A DNA stretch of 64,000 bases, taken from Adineta vaga. Lineage: Eukaryota > Animalia > Rotifera. The translations under genes were made by a program, and so were the position numbers. The notes under the pieces are model-generated. The model did not search any database, had not been told where the DNA came from, and worked only from the letters and a program-made list of their open reading frames with translations. Below, piece after piece: positions 39,093 to 49,489 of the stretch. Position 1 is the first letter of the stretch. Each line of letters begins with the position of its first letter. The stretch is taken from assembly GCA_021613535.1 (NCBI GenBank), contig CP075493.1:4836001-4900000 (forward strand), read 5' to 3'.

Positions 39093-41220
39093 ATGATTAA
39101 TGGGCAATCACAGCATTCAGTTGATGATTCGAACGACTTCGATCAATTATTTTCAATGAGTGAATTAGGTGAATTCGATATGGGAAAATATACAATGAAG
39201 ATTTTACCCAATTCCGATCGTCTTTATCAATATAAAGTTGATCGAGTAGCTCATCGATTAAAAGCCATGGATGATTATCGACAAGAAAAACGATTTTGTG
39301 ATGCAGTTTTATGTGTCAAAGGTGTACGACATCCTGTACATAAACTTGTTTTGGCATCAGCATCATCCTACTTTGCGTCGATGTTTACTCATGAGGATAC
39401 TATTGAAACAAGTACTTCAGACGATATTGATTTAACTAAATTAATTCCTTGTTCAGCAGCAATGAAGATCATAATAGACTTTATCTACACATCACAAGTT
39501 CAACTCAATGATAAAATTGTAAGAATTATAGCAGTAGGAATTTTTTAATAATTTGAAATTTCTCTGTCATAGGTTATGCCTGTTTTAACTTGTTCAATTC
39601 CAATTTTACTTGACGATCTGATAGAATTATGTGTTGATTATCTTCGTGATCAATTACATCCATCAAACTGTGTAGGATTATTTCTATATGGTAAACAATA
39701 TTTATGTCATTCATTGGTTAAAGCAGCTGAACATTATATTCACGAACATTTCGAAGAAGTTGTACGACATGAAGAATTTCTTTCTTTAAATTTAAATGAT
39801 CTGTGCTCAATATTTAAAAATGATAAAGTTAAAGTTCCTTGTGAATCGATTGTTTACAATGTAAGTACCCTTTTGTTTTTGTTCTGATCAGAGTACATTT
39901 CTTTCTATTCTATAGGCAGCCATGCAATGGTTTCGACATGATCCATTAAATCGACGAACACAACTTGAAGAAGTGTTGCCTTGTATACGTTTGCAACTTT
40001 TAGAACCATCGTTTCTTAATCGAGTATTGAGTTGTGATGTTTTTGCTCCACCTGATATGCAACGATGTCGAGAATATTTATCAAGTGTACATGCAAAGTT
40101 AACATCACATCGTTATTGTCATCTTCCACCACATCGTCAACCGATCAAACCGCTTGTTATCTGTAATTATTCGATATAAAAATATATAAAATTGACTTAC
40201 ATATTGTTTCTAGATTGTGCTGGTGGTTATTATAACAAATCAATTAGTGCAATGGAATGTTATTTTTCAGAAACACAACAATGGAAACGATGTGCTGATA
40301 TGCAAGTACCAAGAAGTGGAGTGGGAGTTGTTTCCCTTTTCATGAGAGTTTATGTTATTGGTGGACGACATAATACAAAGTAAATAAAACGTTTTACTTA
40401 TGGGAAAACAATATTGTTTTTTTTTCTGTTTCTCTAGAAATGAAAATAAAGATTGTCAGGATGTAGAACGTTATGATCCATTTATGGACAAATGGTCAAC
40501 ATTAACACCGATGCTATATCCTCGAAATCGACTTGGTATCGGTGCCATAGATCATAGTATTTATGCTGTGGGTGGTTCAAGTGGACAGCAAATACATCGT
40601 TCTGTTGAACGATATACTATAGGACCGGATGGTGACTCATGGGTAGAAGTTGCTTCAATGAATGTCGGACGTATTGGTCTTGCTGTTTGTACACTCAATC
40701 GACTTGTATATGCGATTGGTGGTTTTGATGGACATCGACGATTGGCTGATGTTGAATCCTATAATCCAGACGACAACGTATGGAAACGTGAACAGCCACT
40801 TCTCTGCGGTCGATCAGGTGCAGCAGCAGCTGCACTTGCTGAATGTATATATGTCGTTGGAGGTTATGCATCTGATGCTGTAGATGGATCAATGCAGCTC
40901 GATGTTGTTGAACGATATGACACAGTCACTCAACAATGGTCATATGTTCAACCGATGAATTGTCGTCGATCAGCACTGAGTTGTGTAATCTTAAATAAAC
41001 GTCTTTTTGCTATAGGTAACGATTCAATCAATTTCTTTCTATATGAAAAAAAGATTCGTTGTTCTATTTAGGTGGTTATGATGGCAAGAATTTCTCTTCC
41101 GTTGTTGAAATATACGATCCTGAAAAAGATGAATGGACGTATAGTACACCATTAACACGTGAACGAAGTGGCCATGGTAGTGCACTTACAGTTGAACCAA
41201 CATTAATCAATGATGAATAA
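39093..41220 (+). CDS. KEAP1: KEAP1-like BTB-BACK-Kelch protein
   Basis: BTB (HKLVLASASSYF), BACK and six Kelch repeats with KEAP1-type motifs AGGYY, VPRSG, GGRHN, PRNRLG, GGFDGHRRL, RRSA, GGYDG, RSGH. Start codon approximate. Confidence 0.85.
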
Positions 41221-41453
41221 TATTGCAGCGAACAAACACATAGTTCCTATTTTTTTTTAATACAGTTTGTACATGAATACAAAAATAAACGAACAAAAGA
41301 AAACGATAAATAAAACGAATAATCTTAATGAGATCTACGTATGATAAAATCAATCAGCTGATGATGTATTTCATTATCATAACGAATGATTCATAACATT
41401 CGTGTTACTATGTAATCTAGATCATTTGACAGAAGAATTCGAATGTCGTCAAT

Positions 41454-42416
41454 ATGCATTCATGTAACAATTTCTAGTCATTTCTAAATTTCATATCTTG
41501 TTTTTTTTTATTATCAATCTCTAGCACCCGTTCGTTTACCACGTTCAGATTCATTTTCTGCAACAACACAGTCCGATGAAGTTGCTTCACATATATTTAA
41601 GTCCGATACTTTCTTACGTGTAGCAATGACTATTCTGCCCATAACTGCTGCAATTATCTATCAAATGGATGCTCTATGGCAATTACAAGTCCGAAATATG
41701 TATGCAGGTTTAGCAAGTACAATCTTTCATATATTTTATTTTCTTCAATTTTACATTCATCTTGAATGTCATTCGAAAACAATCACGTATATTTATACAT
41801 ATATCTATCATATCATCATATGGATATTTAAAGTAGACATATTGTTTTTGATAATGAATAGAAATCAACGGAATATCTATTTTAGACTGGAGGTAATGTT
41901 GTCTACTTTATTTATCATCATCGTGAAAACAATATTTTTCATCAATGTATATTCGCTCTTCGAGCAATACAAGATACGTTATTTATATGTTCTGTATGTA
42001 TCTATAAAATACGTTCTTATGATCCACTTATTTGTGTTCAACATAAAGCTTTATTCAGTGTTATATCTCGTCTTGAAGTTATTCTTGCCATTCTTGTACC
42101 TATCTTTGCTCAAGAACATCTTGTTAAACGTACTGTCGCAAATATAAGTTTATTTATTTTATACGATTTCTTTTCGGTTTATTATCATTTATTTACACTT
42201 CGTTTAAAATGGGCACTTTGGTTGTTTGTGGTTTTTATTACGATTAGTGTTGTAAATGAATGGTTATATTTTGTTAATCATCAATGGCGTGTTTGTGATC
42301 AAATTAGTACGGGATTAGAATTCCTTGCTGAATGTGCTTGTTGTTTAGTTATCATTTGGCAATTTAAACCGTCCACTCTAATATTACCAATTAACCAATC
42401 TACAACAGTTGTTTAA
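41454..42416 (+). CDS. Uncharacterised multi-pass membrane protein
   Basis: ATGCATTCAT|gtaac...ctag splices in phase to MHSSPVRLPRSDSF...; several hydrophobic segments over about 5 exons; no family recognised. Confidence 0.6.
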
Positions 42417-42776
42417 AGAATAAACATTCTTATATGAATATAATAAATCATAGCAAATATATGATGGATATGTTCATTTAGAAAAAAATTCTAATCAGAA
42501 ATGCTTAGATCAAGAAAAAAAATGAGAATATCAATGAGTGACAAATGAATAACTCTCAAACAATTTAAATGTCATATGCTCTAGAGTTAATACCTAACAT
42601 ATGGTAAAGGTTAACTATCTTAAACGCACTATAAGCTCATTTTTCCTTGCTGATAATAAAACTGTTCTGATTCTTATTTTTCCCTGATTGATTCCATTCA
42701 ATTTATTAACTAATTGGTCAATTCGGTTTATTCATTCTCATAAGAAAAAAATACCACAATTCATATGTTGATAGAA

Positions 42777-44391
42777 TTAATTGCTAACACAAAATGTTAA
42801 TTGACCTTGAGCCTTATTTGTAAAATTTCGACAACCACCGCTATAGTAATCTGGAGCCGTTTGAAATGGTCCCTGTTTATTACATTGATCTATACCAAAT
42901 CCATAGTTTGCATGTGTATCCGATGTATAAACACAACAATTTCTTGAAATTCTTGTTTTATAATTCAGTCCAATAAATAGATTGGCTACACGTGATAGGA
43001 GTGTGTCAGATCCAAGAGAGTACCCATCGGCACATTCACCATTAGTACCATCTAAATAATGGCAATGATCTTGAAAAAAAGCTTCATTCAACGGACATCG
43101 ATCTATGATTTCAGATCCTGGTGATGATGAATTCATATCTGTAGTTACATCGCTTAATTAACACGAAAGAAAAAGTATAAAAATGTGTTCGTTTTTTGAA
43201 AAAGAGAAAAGAAACTTACACACATAAATTATCGATCATAAATACGGCTTTTTCTCGATTGTTATATTTGGATGCATAAAATGTAACTGTGTTAACATCA
43301 TACCAATTTAACTCAATGAGGTTAGAACTATTTTTCTCGATGTTAAACGATGCTTCCTTATAATAGGTAGATCCACGCTGTGCAATGATTGAAAATGTGA
43401 CATTATCATCCCATGCAGAGGAGACAACAAATGAATTAATATTGAATTTATTTGGTAAAGGTATGCGAATAGTCATAGAATCACCATTATAATTGGTTGC
43501 TACTCCTGTACCTGATGTTTCAGCAGAATAAAATCCACTTGCAGCATATTGTGGATAGGCTTCTATGTCGATTATATAAGCATTGAACCAGTTTAATCCA
43601 TAATAACCATCGGGAATTTGTGAAAATGTCGATGAATTTTCAAATGTAATTAAACTTGAATTCATGCAAACTAAATGTATGATTTTCAAATTTTATCCAA
43701 ATAAAACGGAAAGACTGTGTGAGTATCATAACAAAACTTACGTGGTTGTTGAGGAGTATCGGTAATTGTTGTAGTTGTCATTGGTGTAGTAGTTGAAGGT
43801 ATAGTCGTTGTAGTAGTGTTTACTATTCATAAAACGATTTATCATTATAGAATAAATCTCTTTTTCAACTAATGAAAAATGTTAGATTCTGTTCTGATTA
43901 GCGAAAATGATCAATTATTGAAATGTTTATCTCTAGTATCTCATTGTTACTTTCTTACTTGTTGTCGATGGACAAACTCGTTTATCGATCATTGATACAG
44001 GATAACAAAGTGGACGATGATTACATCGTGGATGTTGAACACAAATAGTATCGGTTTGGTCACAGGTATTATCTGAAGAATTACTGGTACAAGTTGAGAA
44101 CATGTTGTCCAGAGGAATCCACAAACACCGATATCAATAGCACCAATCATATGAAAACAGCCACAAGCACTATTTGTTGAGCATCGATCATATTGAGCAA
44201 TATTTTCACACAATTGTGATCTTACTTCAACTAATTAATAATGAAACAAATCATGTAGCGAAATAGCTATAATAATATGAATATCAAACCTATGCCACTA
44301 AAATATAAAAGATCAATAAATATCTAAAAAATAATAGTAGAATTTACCTGAGGAGAAGAAGAATCAAAGAACAGATAATATTTTTCATCAT
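42777..44391 (-). pseudogene. Mosaic secreted protein (Cys-rich domain, Thr linker, bacterial-like beta domain, Cys-rich domain) with a 1-nt frameshift
   Basis: Spliced signal peptide MMKNIICSLILLLLSGIVEVRS includes an 8-nt microexon at 44290-44297. One missing base at 44084/44085 breaks the first Cys-rich domain; downstream exons are intact. Could be an assembly error rather than a pseudogene. Confidence 0.65.
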
Positions 44392-44917
44392 AGTCAGATT
44401 TCAAATAAGACAATATCACGAAAGCAATCCTTTTTATATCATTTATACAGATGGGATTTGACATCATATTTTTTTAAACGCAAAAAACAGCGTATGTAAT
44501 GCTTTAATCCGTAGAAATTTGATATTCTTTCTATTGTTTCAAAGATATATACTTAATCAATATGACAAAGCTAATTTCTGTAAAACTAGACCAATAGTTT
44601 CTGTCCATTCTCGATTGTTTTTACTTTTCTACATAATTCTTCCCATGTTATTAATCAAACAAATCATTTCATTACAGATATTCAAATGACTTGCCTTACT
44701 AGTTCTTTCATCAATGATGAAAATAGTTGTGCAAGCACATAGAGCCTTGTATGAATATATATATGCATACATCAGAACCGATCATGGGTATGGGAAAACG
44801 TGAAATTGCGACACCTGCCGGATTTGACAATTAAAGAACAGTAATGATAACCAATGTAAATTTTAAACAAGAAAAGAAAAGTCGGTTACATTTCATTCAT
44901 AAAGTCTTTATTTTGTA

Positions 44918-45937
44918 ATGTCTCGTCTCTGTCTTTTAAATCATGACAAACAGATTTTTATAAATATAGACGAGAATATTGATCTTTCTAAACAATTCAT
45001 TGCAGCTACTTATCGTCAATTGGTATTAGCAACAAAATGTATGATTACTATTTATGATCTTTCGTCTATTCTTCTCAGTGAACAATTTACTAATTTGTAT
45101 GATAAAATTATTATTCCAAATCCTATTCTTGCCTTAACATCAACAATCGATCGAATTATTTATGTTTATCAATCGATAGATAATTCTAATGAATTAAAAA
45201 TATGTTCAATACCACCTTCTCAATTACCAAAACAATATTTTACACTTGAATCATTTGATATCAATGAAAGAATACATCTCTGTTCACTTGATGATGGAAC
45301 AATATTTCTTGCCTATGATACAAAGATCTTTTCATTAACAAATGATGATCATTGGTCATTCGATTCTAGAATTATGAAATTATGTAGTGGAAAAGAACAT
45401 GCTTTAGTTTTATTATCCGATGGACGAATATTTAGTTGGGGAAATGGTCTTCACGGTGCACTTGGTCATGGAGATCTTGAACCCTGTTCACAACCAACAC
45501 ATATTGAATCTTTATCTGATAATAACGGTGTTATTGATATTGCTGCTGGTGGATGGCATTCCTTAGGTAGATGATGCAAGAGAGAAAAGATTTCTAACAT
45601 GACGTTTTTATTTTTCTATTCAGCTTTGCTTTCGGATGGATCAGTAATGGCATGGGGTTGGAATAATGATGGTGCTCTTGGTTTAGAATCTTCCGATGAA
45701 GATAATACAGCAGGTGTTTTCTGTGATCCTATACTAGTAACATGTATACCATTAGATGTGGATTGTACGAAAATATCAGCTGGTGCAAGACATAGTGCAT
45801 TTCTTGGCTCAAATGATCATATTTGGTTATGTGGTTCGAATAAACATGGACAATTAGGAAATAAATCTACATTTTTAGTTGAAAAGAATACATCTATTTA
45901 TTGTCTATCTTGGTTTACTGTTCTAATTTGTTCGTAA
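44918..45937 (+). CDS. RCCD1: RCC1-domain protein, RCCD1-like
   Basis: RCC1 repeats SGKEHAL...WGNGLHGALGHG, IAAGGWHS...WGWNNDGALG, ISAGARHS...CGSNKHGQLG; two exons. Confidence 0.8.
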
Positions 45938-45947
45938 ATTTTTCTAG

Positions 45948-48924
45948 ATGGATGATGATCTTCGACCTGCACAGATTCGTCCTTTAGCTGGAACGACACG
46001 TCATCGTTTATGTGCTGGTCAAGTTTGTGTTAGTGTTGCATCGTGTGTAAAAGAACTTATTGAAAATAGTCTCGATGCACATAGTACACGTTTACAATTG
46101 ACATTTATTGCACATGGTGCAGATCTTATTGAATTAGTCGATAATGGTGATGGTATTCCCGAACATGATTTTGAAAAAATCGGTAAATATACAAGATATA
46201 TAAAATGTATTGCAATAAGACAAATGGTTTCCTTGTAGGATTGCGATATCATACATCAAAATTAAGTCAATTTGAAGATTTAGAACATGTGATAACCTAT
46301 GGATTTCGTGGTGAAGCTCTCTCATCGATTTGTATCTATGCGTCTGTCTTGATTCTTTGCTTTTCTTTCTAAAACATAATCAATGCTATTCTTTAGAGAT
46401 GTAACTATTGTTACGCGTCATGCATCTGCATCAATTGGAACAAAACTAATATTCGATGGTGAAGGACAAGTTATTTCTCGTGTTCCATGTCCTCGAGAAG
46501 TAAAACTTTTTGATTGTAAATAATCTTTTATTCGAAATTAGTTTTCTTCTCATTTATTAGACTGGTACAACAGTATCCATCCGTTCATTATTCAGTCGTT
46601 TTCCTGTTCGACGTACTGAATTACAAGCACATTCGAAACGAGAATTTTCTCAAGCATTAAATATCATTCAATCATTTGCGATTATATCTCGACAAATACA
46701 ATTCTTTCAAATATCTTCATCAGCAGATAATCATCCACCTTCACATCCATTATTAACATTAACTCCTTCAACTTCATTAAAAGACACATTAGGTCAAATC
46801 TTTGGACAAAAAATACTTGAAAGTATTATTCATATTGATGATAACAATGATGATGAAAATGATACAAATAAAGAATTCAAAGTAAATGATCATATTGAGA
46901 TACTTTTTTTTGAATAAGACTACTCCTATTCATTTAGTTTGATGGTTATATTTCTCGACCTCAACATGGTTCCGGTCGTTCATCAGCAGATCGACAATAT
47001 CTTTATGTTAATAATCGTCCTATTGATTGTGCACCTTTCTTACGAACAATAAATGATATCTATCGACAATTTAATCCTAATCAATATCCTCTCGTTGCAT
47101 TGAGTATTGAAGTACTTGATCGAAGTACACTTGATATCAATTGTACACCAGATAAACGAACAGTTTTTGTTGAACATTTATCGAATATGTGTGATCGAAT
47201 ACGAGTTATTCTAAATCAATTATTTGAAGCAAGTAGTAATGTTTATGTTGGATCAAATAAACGACCACAAGAAATATCAGAAACCAATGATTTACCAACA
47301 CCGCCAACAAAACAAATGCGAATTGAACGATTCGTTAAAAAACCTGTAAGGTTGTCAACATCATTGGTATTGATTCAAAGTAGTTTCTTTATTTTTGTTT
47401 TAGTCCCAATCTTCTGATATACCAGTTCTAACGACAAGTAATCCTTTATCAAAATTTTCTGGTCCTTTTAATATGGTATTTAATAGTATTGAGAATAAGA
47501 AGCATGTAGTATTTATTTTTGGTTTTTAGATTCGTAGTGAAAAGTCAAGTCCATCTTCATCGAAATTATCAACACAAGAACGAGCTCTATTCACATTTGA
47601 ATCACATAGTATCGCGAAAGATAAGTTATCTCTTTCGGAAAATGAAGAAGAAGATGAGGAGGAGGAGGAAGAGGAAGATTCACATGAGAATACATTACTT
47701 CATGGAAGTCCATCAAAAAAAGATTTCATCGATAAAATCAAACAACTTCGACAAAAAGATGAAGAAACTGAAATACCTGTATCAACAGATCATGATCTAC
47801 AAGTGTATACATCAACACCAGCTGTTAAAGAAAAATCTAAACCGTTCGAAGAACCAAAAAATATTGTACGTTAAAGTTAAACTTCAGTTATAAATCATTC
47901 GAGAAAACAACTTATATTACATTTTATTTCTAGCAAGTAACATCCTATAAATCATGTGAAATCAAAGTAAAATTTAGTATGGATAAATTGAAAGAAAAAT
48001 ATAGAGCAATGTCTGAAAAAGAAGATATTTCTTCAGTAATTTCCGATCATCGTTTTAATATACATATTGAAGAAAATCAAAATGAAGAAGCTGAAGATGA
48101 ACTTCGACGACAAATTGATAAAGCTGATTTCGAAAGGTTTGTCTATTCAATATTCTTCAAAAATACAATTGTTAACGAACTCTCATTTCCTATAGAATGT
48201 CAATCATTGGCCAATTTAATCGTGGTTTTATCTTAGTGACACTCGTCGATCATGCCTCACAATTATTTATTGTTGATCAACATGCTGCTGATGAAATTTA
48301 TAATTTTCATCGTCTTTATGAACAAACAACTGTTAGTCGACAACCACTTCTTCTTCCAAAACCGATACCACTCGATCCATCACGACAAGTTCTTCTTCAA
48401 CAACATTTAGATTTATTCAATCGTCTCGGGTAATTTTCAGAATAGAAAGTAAATTTCAAATCGAAATTCTATGTTCTAGTTTTGAGATTGAAATTGATGA
48501 GAATGAATCTCGTATTGATCGTCGTTGTCGTGTACTTTCATATCCAACTATATCCGGTGCTCATTCATGTGTATTTGGTATTGATGAAATCGATGAAATT
48601 CTTTCACATTTAACTGATTCAACTCAACAAACGCGTCAAGAAGAACATTATGAATCATCACGTTTACGAAAAGTATTTGCCTCGAAAGCATGTCGAATGT
48701 CCATTATGATTGGAACTGATTTAACAAAGAAGCAAATGATATCAGTTGTTCGACATCTTGCTCAACTAGCAAAACCATGGGTAATTTGCATAACGTGAAA
48801 AAAAAATCTTACAATTTTTCGTCTGTTTTAGAATTGTCCTCATGGAAGACCAACGATTCGACATGTATCTAATCTTACTGAAGTTACAAATGGCTTACTT
48901 TCTGATAAATATCATCCCATATAA
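45948..48924 (+). CDS. PMS2: MutL homologue, mismatch-repair endonuclease PMS2
   Basis: [72 protein letters not shown]. Confidence 0.95.
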
Positions 48925-49489
48925 TCAAGAGTTTTATATAGTTTTTTAATGATAAAAATTTCATGAATAGACCTTTTTTTATTGACTTTATGTATGAAAA
49001 TTGAAATTGAATAAATAACTATGATATAGAAAAACAACGTTTTCTCCAATTGATTGGTTTTAAGAGAAATATTCAAGAATTTAAAACATCTTGAAGAATA
49101 CATTACGATGTAAAGTACAGAGTTTAAACAAGAATACACAATTTTGTTTTAATGCAGACTAACTTTAGCAGTCCTTGAGAGTACATCTTTGACAATAATT
49201 TCACACATATTTTCAAAGCAATTGTTCCTAATTATATCGAAAATGTGACGATATAATAATCGGTATGAAGAGCTCAATGCCAACTAACGCCCCCTATAAC
49301 GGTGTTTTAATACAAGTGGATGACTATCAATACCATAAGAATGAAAATAATGTCTTGTATTCTGATTCATTCATTTTGTACTGTTGTACACGTTTTAGCA
49401 TTAGCAGACAGACAGCCACATCACTAGCATATCATTATCATTATCATAATATATATACAGTAAACGGCAATATTTGTTCCATCCATAAA

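Noticed and set aside
45560-45950. RCCD1-PMS2 fusion protein by cis-splicing
   Set aside because: The known donor is out of phase; gtaaatttttctag (14 nt) is too short for an intron; RCCD1 appears to have a complete C-terminus.
48925-49489. PMS2-SCFD1 as a continuation of one operon
   Set aside because: The 565-nt gap has its own CGCCCCCTA promoter-like motif and no clear acceptor next to the ATG.
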